From an uncultured Rhodobacteraceae bacterium (GTDB lineage Bacteria; Pseudomonadota; Alphaproteobacteria; Rhodobacterales; Rhodobacteraceae): a stretch of DNA of 64,000 nt. Below the pieces are notes generated by a model, which saw only the letters and a program-made list of their open reading frames with translations, was not told the origin of the DNA and ran no database searches. A program made the translations under genes and the position numbers. Position 1 is the first letter of the stretch, and each line of letters starts with the position of its first letter. The stretch lies in contig CALKXV010000001.1 of assembly GCA_938005545.1 (NCBI GenBank), positions 37,792-101,791 of the forward strand. The letters are read 5' to 3'. Positions 34,209-43,961 of the stretch are shown one piece after another.

Positions 34209-35468
34209 ATGTGGTGCCGTAGGCTGGATTTTGGTTGGCGGCACGAAGTATTTCGGCGGTCTTACGTGCAAATCAATAATACCCAGACAAGTTTCGGTTC
34301 TGTCGCCAAAGCCCTGCATTGGGTGACAGCGGCGCTTGTTGTTACACTCTTCCCACTTGGTTACATCATTGCCGGCTTGAGACCGCAAAGCGCGCAAGAG
34401 GTCAAAGAAGCGTTCTTTCTGTTCTCGCTGCATAAGACTATCGGCATGACCGTGCTGGTGTTAGCGATCTTGCGAATTGGTTGGTGGCTGTTCCAACCAC
34501 GCCCGCTTCCGTTGCATAACGACAGGCCAGTCGAAACCATCGCTGCGCAGACTGTGCACTGGTTGTTGTATGCATTGATTTTGCTTATGCCTTTGACGGG
34601 ATGGCTACACCATTCAGCAACCTCCGGCCTGGCCGAGATTTGGGGGCCGTATCCTCAGAGAGTTTCGTTCGTTCCGCAAACGACAGCGTGGGAGGAATTC
34701 TTTGGCTGGGCACATTTTGCGACCGCCTGGTTGATGGGAATTGTCGTGGCGTTGCACGTTGGCGGTGCCCTGAAACACGCAATCATTGACCGCGATTTTA
34801 CGTTACAACGCATTTTGCCGTTTCGGACGCCGCCCGTCTCGGAGCTATTAACGACACGGCATCCAAACACGCGGTTGTCCTGGGTCGCGACTGCTGCGGT
34901 CCTTGCAGCATTTTTCGCCGTGTTGGCCCTGCTCGGACCAGACTCTCATCACACCAACGATGTGCAGGTTGCAGACGCGACAGGAGACGAAGATAGCTGG
35001 ATGATCGATCACGCTGAAAGCACGTTGAAAATCGTCGTTGAACAGAACGGCACAGCTACGACGGGGGAGTTTGCAAATTGGACCGGAAAAATCAGTTTTT
35101 CGCCTGAGACTCCGCAAGATGCGGCAATCGACATATCCATCAACGTCACCAGTCTTGCACTTGGCAGCATCACGCAGCAGGCTCTTTCCGGGGACTATCT
35201 GAAGTCTGAAGAACACCCGACGGCGCTGTATCGAGGACACAGGTTTGTGCCGGTCGATAGTGGAAAATTCCAAGTGGATGGAGAGATGGAATTGGCGGGC
35301 ATCGTCAGGCCACTAACACTGGTCTTCGATTTGGAAGTCGAAGGGCAAAAAGCCACGGCGAACGGCCAAGCTACCATCCATCGTATCGAATATGACATTG
35401 GTTCGCCGGATGAGACGGTAGGATATGAAGTCAAAGTACTGTTTGCGGTGGTTGCATCGCAAATGTAG
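34209..35468 (+). CDS. Cytochrome b561-family membrane domain fused to a C-terminal YceI-like domain
   Basis: The N-terminal half has 4 TM segments with His-containing stretches (ALHWVTAAL, LHKTIGM, VHWLLYAL). The C-terminal half is YceI-like (WMIDHAESTLKIVV...VDGEMELAGIVRPLTLVF...VKVLFAVVA). The start may be GTG 34266. Confidence 0.7.
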   Translation: MWCRRLDFGWRHEVFRRSYVQINNTQTSFGSVAKALHWVTAALVVTLFPLGYIIAGLRPQSAQEVKEAFFLFSLHKTIGMTVLVLAILRIGWWLFQPRPLPLHNDRPVETIAAQTVHWLLYALILLMPLTGWLHHSATSGLAEIWGPYPQRVSFVPQTTAWEEFFGWAHFATAWLMGIVVALHVGGALKHAIIDRDFTLQRILPFRTPPVSELLTTRHPNTRLSWVATAAVLAAFFAVLALLGPDSHHTNDVQVADATGDEDSWMIDHAESTLKIVVEQNGTATTGEFANWTGKISFSPETPQDAAIDISINVTSLALGSITQQALSGDYLKSEEHPTALYRGHRFVPVDSGKFQVDGEMELAGIVRPLTLVFDLEVEGQKATANGQATIHRIEYDIGSPDETVGYEVKVLFAVVASQM

Positions 35469-35590
35469 TCAATACACTTACCCGGACATTCGGCGCGAGG
35501 CAGAATACCGGGAATTAATGGGATGTACCGGCTGCTTCATCCGGCAGGTTAGGCTTGGCCTATTTCACCTGCAAAAAGGGCGAAATAGCG

Positions 35591-36533
35591 ATGACTGGTA
35601 AGACAAAGACTGAAATCACTGAATTGATCTCGGTAAGTATCGATATCGGCAAGGATGTATTCCACGTCGTGGGATTTGGAAAGGAAGGTCAGCTTGTGTT
35701 GCGCAAGAAGATCAAACGCATGGCATTGGTCACGACGCTTGAGGAACTGCCAAGATGCATTGTCGGGCATGGAAGCCTGCATGAGCGCCCATTTTGTCAG
35801 CCGAACCCTGCGCAAGATCGATTTCGAGCGCCGGATCATTCCGGCGATTTATGTGCAACCGTTCAATAAAGGTCAGAAGAACGATTACAATGATGCGGAA
35901 GCGATCGCAGAGGCTGCGTTACGACCCAATCTCAAGACGGTTTCTGAGAAGACGCAAGCACAGCTCGACCTGCAAGCGCTGCACCGCGTGCGCGCCCGTC
36001 TCGTGTCACACCGAACGGTGACGATGAATCAAATCCGTGCATTTTTGATTGAAAAAGGGATCACCGTCAGGCGAAGTGCGGCTGCGTTGCGCGCGTCGCT
36101 CCAGGCGATTTTGGACAATCGCGACAATGAGATGTCATTGCGGATGCGCAAGCTGATCCTCGGGCCGCAGCAAGATTGGATATGGACGGACAAGCGGATC
36201 GAGATGACCACGTCAGAAATCAATTCCGTTCGTGAATCCGATGCCAGCTGTCAGCGTCTGATGACTATTCCTGGGATCGGCCCGCTTATCTCGACGGCTA
36301 TTGTGGCCGCCATTGGCAAGGGCGAGGCTTATGATCGTGGGCGTGACTTTGCAGTCTGGCTGGGGCCTGTGCCGCGCCAACACAGCACCGGTCGACGGAC
36401 TATTTTAAGGCGCATCACAAAGCGCGGTAGCCGGTTTCTCCGCATGCTGATTGTACAAGCAGCACAGGTCATCATGATGCGACCGAAGAACTGGCATATG
36501 ATTTCTTATGATTGGTGTTGTGCACACGACTGA
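35591..36533 (+). mobile_element. IS110-family transposase gene remnant (frameshifted, probably 3'-truncated)
   Basis: The N-terminal part VSIDIGKDVFHVVGFGKEGQLVLRKK...LPRCIVG is in one frame. It continues MEACMSAHF...QKNDYNDAEAIAEAA...MTIPGIGPLISTAIVAAIG...WLGPVPRQHSTGRRT...KRGSRFLR in another. One extra nt lies near 35765-35768. Confidence 0.8.
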
Positions 36534-36657
36534 TATAGCGGGCCTGAGGCGCTACTGTGAAGTCATTCGCTCACGCGAAACGGTCACTGCGCCAGCGCAT
36601 GGCGAATTCTGACTTCGAGCCCATTACCTCAGATGCTGCACGGCGCACGAATGTCAG

Positions 36658-37980
36658 CTATTCGGTCTCGTTGGCCAGTCGTCTGACCAACACCAAGATC
36701 AGTATCACCGCAATGAACAGAAACACCGTACCGACAATCCATGCGATGGACGTAGAGTAGATTTCAGCGACAGTTCCGGCCAACACCAGACCCAATGCGG
36801 CCCCCAACTGTTGTATCAGCGATTTCAGAGATAGCATGGTCGACCGCTGACGGTCTTCGACACAGCGATGCAGAATGCTGCTGGCGGGCGTTTCGCTGAC
36901 ACCAAGGATCACAGAATACAGGACGAATACCGTCACAAAGCCGGTGATACTGCCTTGCAACGCCAATGCGATCTGAACAACTGCCAAGCACGCAAAACTC
37001 GCCGCCAGCGTCGTGGCATGCCGCCGCTTGAAGATCCGGCTGATGTGCGCAGACAGAAATGCGCCGAAAGCGATGGAGAAGAAATAGGTTGCGGTGACGA
37101 CACCGATGACGGTGTTTGCGTAGCCCTCATCTAACATGGGTTTTGCGTGGGTCGGCCAGATAACCTCCACTGGGTTGGTTGCCATCAGAAAGAACGCCAA
37201 CGCTGCCAGAAGTATCGACAAAGCGGGGTGTTTAAGAGCCAAAAGGCTCGCGTCCTTTATCACCGTCGGGACATTAGAAAAGCCGTGCATGAGAGCAGTG
37301 ACATTCATCGGACGCGGTTTTTCGACAATGGCCAACGTCGTGAAAACGAACACGCCCAACATCGCACCGAAGCTCGCCACGTAGGACACATCATAGATGC
37401 TGAACCCAAGGCTTTTTGCGACCTCGCCCAGAATATCGGGCAGAAGGCCTCCCAAGACAGCGCCAATGGCCAACCCTACGGCATTGGCCCATTGTGCTTT
37501 GGCCAGTGCAGGCTGGACATCCACACTAGGCGCGGTGGCCTTGAAAGTTTCGACAAACCACGCATCAAGCGTGCCCGACCTGAGCGCGCGTCCAAAACCG
37601 ATGAATGCAAATGAAAGCGCGAGAACATAGAAATCACGCGTCGAGAGAAAGAGCACGAGCGAAATCAAGCTGGCGACGACCGCCGTCAAAAAGACCGGCT
37701 TGCGGCCAATGCTGTCGGCGAGGCCGCCAAATGGCAGCTCCATCGCCATCGTCGTGAGCGAGTAGACCCCGAACAGAAGCGAGATTTGAAAGAGGTCCAT
37801 GCCACGGTCAGTCAATGCCAGAGCAACAACGGCCAATGTCAGTCCCATCGCAAAACGGTCAAGGAACTGGTGTATCTGAAACACGCGAATGTGCCGTCGC
37901 GCTGACGGGTTCAGCTCTGCGAAAGAGAACTCGATTTCGGTGGCCGTCTTTGCAACATCGACGTTGCTGTCGACATGCAC
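36658..37980 (-). CDS. MFS transporter
   Basis: 440 aa with about 12 hydrophobic segments. MFS loop motif GGLADSIGRKPV. Confidence 0.8.
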   Translation of the reverse strand: MHVDSNVDVAKTATEIEFSFAELNPSARRHIRVFQIHQFLDRFAMGLTLAVVALALTDRGMDLFQISLLFGVYSLTTMAMELPFGGLADSIGRKPVFLTAVVASLISLVLFLSTRDFYVLALSFAFIGFGRALRSGTLDAWFVETFKATAPSVDVQPALAKAQWANAVGLAIGAVLGGLLPDILGEVAKSLGFSIYDVSYVASFGAMLGVFVFTTLAIVEKPRPMNVTALMHGFSNVPTVIKDASLLALKHPALSILLAALAFFLMATNPVEVIWPTHAKPMLDEGYANTVIGVVTATYFFSIAFGAFLSAHISRIFKRRHATTLAASFACLAVVQIALALQGSITGFVTVFVLYSVILGVSETPASSILHRCVEDRQRSTMLSLKSLIQQLGAALGLVLAGTVAEIYSTSIAWIVGTVFLFIAVILILVLVRRLANETE

Positions 37981-38308
37981 AATGCATTAAGTGAGACGGA
38001 ACTTATGGCGCGCAACAAGGCGGCCGCTCGTTCAAACGGGGCGAAGGCCTGGTCTGTCCGTGTCTCGATTGTCGAAACCGTTTGCAGCGAAAGAGAGGTC
38101 CGGATTCGGCGTCTCGTGGAGAGTTTCAATGACCGCTTCGGCGACGCGCGCTGCAACGCAACAATACCATGTCGCAGATGCGATGTTTTTTTTGCGTCAG
38201 CAATAGCTGCACGAGCAAAAGGCGGAAATGTCCCGCTCAGCCGCCATGGACGTATTTCGCCATCACCCGAACCGCGCGTTTCAAATCGAACCGGGTGCGC
38301 TTCTGCGG

Positions 38309-40081
38309 TCAGTGGTTATCTCGCGGCACGCCTTTGGTGCGGGCGATGTCTTGGAAGCTTGGTGCGCCTTTTAGGACCATGCCTTCCGAGAATTGTGCCG
38401 TTTTTTCGCGGAAGATTTCTTGCCATGGGGATTGGCTTTCGGGGGCGAAAGGGCGGTCGGGCAGGGCCGCGCGGCGGGCTTTTAGTGTTGCGTCGTCGAC
38501 CAGCATGTTTGCGGTGCAGGCTTTCAGATCGATGCGCACAGGGTCGCCTGTTTGAACCAAGGCAAGGCCTCCGCCGGCCGCCGCCTCGGGGGAGGCATTG
38601 AGGATTGACGGGGAACCGGATGTGCCAGACTGACGGCCATCACCGACACAGGGCAGGGAGTGGATGTTTTTTTTCAACAGATAGGCCGGTGGGCGCATGT
38701 TCACGACTTCGGCGCCGCCCGGGTATCCGATGGGACCGGCGCCGCGCATAATCAGGATGCAATGTTCGTCGATGTTCAGGGCCGGGTCGTCTATCTTGGC
38801 GTGATAGTCTTCGATTGAATCGAATACGATGGCGCGGCCTTCGAAGGCGTCGGGATCATCGGGGTTCGACAGATAGCGGGTGCGGAACTCTTCCGAGATC
38901 ACACTGGTTTTCATGATCGCGCTGTCAAAGAGGTTGCCTTTGAGGTTGATGAACCCGGCGTTTTGCAACATGGGCGCGGCCACGGTTTTGATGACGTCTG
39001 TGTTTTCGCTCCGGCGGTGGGCGTAGTTTTCGGCGATGGTTTTTCCGTTGACCGTCATGGCGTTGGGATGGGGCAAGAGGCCTGCTTCCATCAGCTCACC
39101 AATCACAGCAGGGACGCCGCCCGCGCGGTGATAATCTTCGCCCAGGTATTCACCGGCGGGCTGAAGGTTGACCAGAAGCGGGATTTTGTGACCCAAGGAT
39201 TGCCAGTCGTCATTGTTAAGCGGCACGTTCAAATGGCGGGCAATCGCGGTCAGATGGATCGGCGCGTTGGTCGATCCACCAATCGCGGAATTCACGACGA
39301 TGGCGTTTTCAAAGGATTCGCGGGTCATGATGTCGGAGGGGCGACGGTCGGCCAGCACCATTTCAACGATCTGGCGGCCCGTTTCATAGGCGATCTGTCC
39401 GCGTTCGCGGTAAGGTGCTGGGATTGCGGCTGATCCCGGAAGTTGCATGCCCAGCGCTTCGGCGAGCGAATTCATTGTGGTCGCGGTGCCCATGGTGTTG
39501 CAATATCCGGTTGACGGGGCCGATGAGGCCACAAGTTCCATGAAACCGTCGTCGTCGATGTCACCTGCTGCAAGCAATTCGCGGGCTTTCCAGACGATGG
39601 TGCCCGAACCAGTGCGTTCGCCCCGGAACCAGCCATTCAGCATTGGGCCGACGGACATGGCGATCGAAGGGATGTTGACAGTGGAGGCCGCCATCAAAAG
39701 CGCAGGGGTGGTCTTGTCGCAGCCGATGGTCAGGACGGCGGCATCGATGGGATAGCCGTAAAGAGATTCGGTCAGGGACAGATAGGCAAGGTTTCGATCA
39801 AGCGAAGCCGTGGGGCGTTTGCCGGTTTCCTGGATCGGGTGAACCGGGAACTCCATCACAGTGCCGCCTGCCGCAATGATGCCGTCGCGCACCCGCTTTG
39901 CCAGTTCGATGTGGTGGCGGTTGCAGGGTGAAAGATCGCTGCCGGTTTGGGCGATGCCGATGATGGGTTTTCCGGACTGAAGCTCTTCTCGGGTTAGTCC
40001 GTAGTTCAGGTAGCGTTCAAGATAGAGCGCTGTCATTTCCTGATTGTCAGGATTGTTGAACCATTTTTGGCTGCGAAGCAT
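38309..40081 (-). CDS. IlvD/Edd-family dehydratase (sugar-acid dehydratase-like, e.g. arabinonate/xylonate type)
   Basis: [30 protein letters not shown]... N-terminus and an IlvD/Edd core. About 590 aa from ATG 40081. Confidence 0.8.
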   Translation of the reverse strand: MLRSQKWFNNPDNQEMTALYLERYLNYGLTREELQSGKPIIGIAQTGSDLSPCNRHHIELAKRVRDGIIAAGGTVMEFPVHPIQETGKRPTASLDRNLAYLSLTESLYGYPIDAAVLTIGCDKTTPALLMAASTVNIPSIAMSVGPMLNGWFRGERTGSGTIVWKARELLAAGDIDDDGFMELVASSAPSTGYCNTMGTATTMNSLAEALGMQLPGSAAIPAPYRERGQIAYETGRQIVEMVLADRRPSDIMTRESFENAIVVNSAIGGSTNAPIHLTAIARHLNVPLNNDDWQSLGHKIPLLVNLQPAGEYLGEDYHRAGGVPAVIGELMEAGLLPHPNAMTVNGKTIAENYAHRRSENTDVIKTVAAPMLQNAGFINLKGNLFDSAIMKTSVISEEFRTRYLSNPDDPDAFEGRAIVFDSIEDYHAKIDDPALNIDEHCILIMRGAGPIGYPGGAEVVNMRPPAYLLKKNIHSLPCVGDGRQSGTSGSPSILNASPEAAAGGGLALVQTGDPVRIDLKACTANMLVDDATLKARRAALPDRPFAPESQSPWQEIFREKTAQFSEGMVLKGAPSFQDIARTKGVPRDNH

Positions 40082-40261
40082 AGGTTTGACCACCACCGGA
40101 CACTCTCCTTTTTTCACTCTTGGCGTAGTCCAATGCGATCAGGATTTCTAGCGAAATACGAGCAGCCTGTTTCCGGGTGCCGCCAAAAGCCGATCTGACT
40201 TTAAACGAATGTTCACGCCTAACGCCGTAAGACCAGCCTGGGTTTGGGCAAGGAGAAGGTG

Positions 40262-41098
40262 ATGTCGGACCAACCAGCGCCGATAATCATTAGGCGAAAG
40301 AAAGTCATCGCAGCCGGTCACCATGGTGGCGCTTGGAAGGTGGCATATGCGGATTTTGTGACCGCGATGATGGCGTTCTTTTTGTTGATGTGGCTTTTGG
40401 GCGCGACGACCGAGAAGCAACGCAAAGGCATTGCTGACTATTTTAATCCCACGATCCCGATCAACAAAGTTTCGGGTGGCGGTTCGGGGGCTTTTGGTGG
40501 CGACAGCGTGTTCACCGAAAACACATTGGCCGCGAATGGCACGGGTGCGGGCGTCACCCTGCCGTCTGCGGGCGAATCAAACGATGGTGCAAGTGGCGCC
40601 GATTCCGATGCGGAAAAAGGTGGCAGCGGAAAGAAAGACGAACTGGAAGAAATCGAGAAAAAGCTTTCGGCCAAAAGTGGTGAGAGCATGGTCAGCGATC
40701 TTTTGCAGCGCCATGTTGTGACGCGACTGACCGACGAAGGTCTGATCGTCGAGGTTTTTGACATTCCGGGCGCACCGCTTTTCGAAAACGGCACCGAGCC
40801 TAGCGGCACTCTAACTGATGTTGTGACCGCCGTTGCCGAAGTGTTTCGCGTGTCTCCGAACGCCATTGCGATACAAGGGTACATGGCGACCGTTCCGTTC
40901 GCCCGGCGAAAAAATCCGGTTTGGGAAAGGTCGGCGGCGCGCGCCAATTCAGTGCGGGGGCTTTTGACCGATCAAGGGTTAAACGCGGCCCGGATGCAGC
41001 GCATCACGGGCTTTGCAGATCGTAAGCCAGTGACAGCAGACACGCTGTCAATCCGAAACAACAGAATTGAAATCATACTTCTGCGCAGCACGTTCTAG
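40262..41098 (+). CDS. motB: Flagellar motor stator protein MotB
   Basis: AAGGAG SD. GAWKVAYADFVTAMMAFFLLMWLL TM/plug region and a C-terminal OmpA-like segment (RSAARANSVRGLL). Confidence 0.85.
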   Translation: MSDQPAPIIIRRKKVIAAGHHGGAWKVAYADFVTAMMAFFLLMWLLGATTEKQRKGIADYFNPTIPINKVSGGGSGAFGGDSVFTENTLAANGTGAGVTLPSAGESNDGASGADSDAEKGGSGKKDELEEIEKKLSAKSGESMVSDLLQRHVVTRLTDEGLIVEVFDIPGAPLFENGTEPSGTLTDVVTAVAEVFRVSPNAIAIQGYMATVPFARRKNPVWERSAARANSVRGLLTDQGLNAARMQRITGFADRKPVTADTLSIRNNRIEIILLRSTF

Positions 41099-41187
41099 GG
41101 AATTTGTTTCGCAATTTATACATTAGCTGCCCGTTAAAACGACTGCGGTATGACAGTGCTTGGGGCTTGCAGCAGAAAGGCTGACAA

Positions 41188-42492
41188 ATGACGATTTCAT
41201 CATCTCTGAACGCGGGTGTGGCAGGATTGGCGGCGAACGCCAGTCGATTGGCGACAATTGCAGATAACATCGCGAACTCTGCCACCTTCGGGTACAAACG
41301 GGCAGAGGCGGATTTTTCGTCGCTGGTGATCGAAAGTGGGACCGGAACGTATTCCGCAGGTGGTGTTCGCGCGACAACCCAACGATTGATCGACCAGCCG
41401 GGCGCGCTTGCGTCAACGTCAAACGAAACCGATTTAGCAGTTCGCGGACGCGGATTTTTACCGGTTACTCGGGAAAGCGCCTCGCTTAATTCAATCGGCG
41501 ACTTTCCTTTGTTTCTTGCAACAACCGGATCGTTCCGAACGGATGCTGACGGCTTTTTAAGAACACCCTCGGGCGTAACGCTGATGGGTTGGCCGGCAGA
41601 TGCTGATGGTTCGATTCCAACCTTTGCACGCGATACCGGCGATGGCTTGGAGCCGGTGCAAATCAATGTGAATCAATTCACGTCTGAACCAACAACCCAA
41701 ATTTCACTTGGACTGAACCTTCCGGCGACGGAAACGGAATTTGGTGCTGATGGTGGTATCTTACCTTTGTCGGTCGAATATTTCGACAACTTGGGAACGT
41801 CACAAAGTATCGGTATGGATTTTACTCCAACCGTCCCTGCGGTAGCTGGATCGTCAAACACCTGGACCATGACACTTTCGGATTCGGCATCTGGTGGCGC
41901 GGTTGTGGGCGAGTACACAATTGTGTTTGACGATACGCGGGGATCGGGCGGAACAATTGCATCGGTAACGGCGACGACGGGCGGTGCTTATGACGCCCTG
42001 ACGGGTGAATTTACCATTCCCGTCGATGGCGGCGACATCACGATTAATATTGGCGCTGTCGCTTCTGGCTCGGGCCTGACGCAGCTGTCCGACAGCTTCG
42101 CACCCACGGCAATCTCCAAAGATGGTTCGCCGGTTGGCAATCTGATTTCGGTTGATGTCGACGCGAATGGGTTCCTGTCCGCCAATTTCGATATTGGCAT
42201 TACGCGGGTCATTTATCAGATTCCGTTGATAGATGTTTCCAATCCAAATGGGCTCGAAGCGTTGGACAATCAAATTTATAACACGTCCAGCCAAAGCGGC
42301 TCGATCTTTCTTTGGGACGCGTCGGATGGACCAACTGGCGACATTGTGGCCTTTGCACTTGAAGAAAGTGCAACGGATGTTGCGGGCGAGCTAACACAGT
42401 TGATCCAAACGCAACGGGCGTATTCGTCAAATGCCAAGGTCATTCAGACCGTGGACGAAATGCTTCAGGAAACGACCAACATCAAACGGTAG
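41188..42492 (+). CDS. flgE: Flagellar hook protein FlgE
   Basis: 434 aa. N-terminus LNAGVAGLAANASRLATIADNIANSATFGYK and C-terminus LIQTQRAYSSNAKVIQTVDEML. Confidence 0.88.
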   Translation: MTISSSLNAGVAGLAANASRLATIADNIANSATFGYKRAEADFSSLVIESGTGTYSAGGVRATTQRLIDQPGALASTSNETDLAVRGRGFLPVTRESASLNSIGDFPLFLATTGSFRTDADGFLRTPSGVTLMGWPADADGSIPTFARDTGDGLEPVQINVNQFTSEPTTQISLGLNLPATETEFGADGGILPLSVEYFDNLGTSQSIGMDFTPTVPAVAGSSNTWTMTLSDSASGGAVVGEYTIVFDDTRGSGGTIASVTATTGGAYDALTGEFTIPVDGGDITINIGAVASGSGLTQLSDSFAPTAISKDGSPVGNLISVDVDANGFLSANFDIGITRVIYQIPLIDVSNPNGLEALDNQIYNTSSQSGSIFLWDASDGPTGDIVAFALEESATDVAGELTQLIQTQRAYSSNAKVIQTVDEMLQETTNIKR

Positions 42493-42501
42493 TAGCACCA
42501 G

Positions 42502-43959
42502 ATGAGTATTACAGCTTCATTATCAAACGCGTTGTCCGGGCTGGCAGCAGCCTCCCGGTCAGCGCAGGTCGTCAGTTCGAACGTGTCCAATGCTTTAACC
42601 GAAGGGTATGCGCGCCGACAAGTCGAACTCAGCCCGCGTTATGTCGACGGTACCGGCGCAGGTGTTCAAATCGATGGTGTTACGCGGGTCGTCGATGAAA
42701 CACTTTTGCGCGAAAAACGCCTGGCCTCTGCGTCGAGTGGATCGGCCAACGTCGCAAATGAATTCAACACGGCAATTCTGAATTTCATTGGCTCACCCGA
42801 AGAAGCAGGTAGCCTAACCGACCAGATCGCTAAATTTGAATCCGCACTTCTTGAGGCGGCATCACGACCGGATTCTGATGCGCGGTTGGCGAATGTACTT
42901 ACAACGGCACAGGCGTTGGCTGGTAAGGTCAACGACATTTCGGATGGCGTACAGACGCTTCGTGAAGACGCTGATGCTCAGATTGGTTTGGAGGTGAACC
43001 GCCTAAACACGTCGCTTGAGCAAATTTCTGAGATCAACGCACAGATCCTTCGAGCAAAGGCGAATGGGCGCGATTTTCCAGCGCTTCTTGATCAGCGGCA
43101 GAGTTTGATCGACGACATAAGTGAATTGGTTCCAATCCGCCAAATCCCGCGCGAAAACGACACGGTGGCACTCTATACAATAAACGGCGCCCTTCTTCTT
43201 GATATCAAACCGGCAGAGTTTGGCTTCGTCCCAAGCGCGCCAATTACCCCGGATCAAACTCTGGCGTCCGGAGCTTTGTCTGGCTTAACGCTCAACGGGA
43301 ATGCGGTGCAAACGTCTGGCACGAGTTCGGCGATTGCCGGTGGGACATTGGACGGGCTTTTCAACCTCCGCGATGATCTGGCAGTGGCGGTCCAAGATAA
43401 CCTTGACGAAGTTGCCCGTGATCTTGTGCTTCGGTTCGAAGATCCAACCCTTGATCCAACTCTGCTGGCTGGAGACGCGGGGTTGTTCACGGATCGCGGT
43501 GCGGCCTTTACACCTGCCGACGTTCTTGGCTTGGCCGGTCGGCTTGAGGTAAATGCACTCGCCGATCCAAATCAAGGTGGCGCCATTTATCGGCTGAGGG
43601 ATGGGTTAGGTGCAACGATCGCGGGGCCTGTTGGTGATGCAACACTTCTAAATGCAAAAGCCGAAGTTTTACAGGATCTTCGTGCGCCCGTTGGCGGCGG
43701 TTTCTCAGGGGCGTCAAAAAGCCTGTCCGGTTTTGCCGCGTCGCTCACATCGATCGCCGGACAATCGCTTCAGGCTAGCAATTCGACACTGTCGTTTGCG
43801 ACCGCGCGCCTTGAGGGGTTGGAAGAGACATTTCTCGCCAACGGGGTCGACTCGGATCAGGAATTGCAAAACCTCTTGTTGATCGAGCAAGCATACGCGG
43901 CAAATGCGCGTGTCATCCAAACGGCTGACGAACTCATCCAAATATTGATCAGGTTGTAA
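42502..43959 (+). CDS. flgK: Flagellar hook-associated protein 1 FlgK
   Basis: 485 aa. N-terminus LSNALSGLAAASRSAQVVSSNVSNALTEGY and C-terminus LLLIEQAYAANARVIQTADEL. Confidence 0.85.
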   Translation: MSITASLSNALSGLAAASRSAQVVSSNVSNALTEGYARRQVELSPRYVDGTGAGVQIDGVTRVVDETLLREKRLASASSGSANVANEFNTAILNFIGSPEEAGSLTDQIAKFESALLEAASRPDSDARLANVLTTAQALAGKVNDISDGVQTLREDADAQIGLEVNRLNTSLEQISEINAQILRAKANGRDFPALLDQRQSLIDDISELVPIRQIPRENDTVALYTINGALLLDIKPAEFGFVPSAPITPDQTLASGALSGLTLNGNAVQTSGTSSAIAGGTLDGLFNLRDDLAVAVQDNLDEVARDLVLRFEDPTLDPTLLAGDAGLFTDRGAAFTPADVLGLAGRLEVNALADPNQGGAIYRLRDGLGATIAGPVGDATLLNAKAEVLQDLRAPVGGGFSGASKSLSGFAASLTSIAGQSLQASNSTLSFATARLEGLEETFLANGVDSDQELQNLLLIEQAYAANARVIQTADELIQILIRL

Positions 43960-43961
43960 AA

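Noticed and set aside
37975-38601. 208-aa plus-strand ORF covering the MFS/dehydratase intergenic region and the dehydratase 3' end
   Set aside because: The Arg/Cys-rich translation has no SD, and half of it is antisense to the IlvD/Edd gene. The 328-bp gap (37981-38308) is better treated as non-coding.
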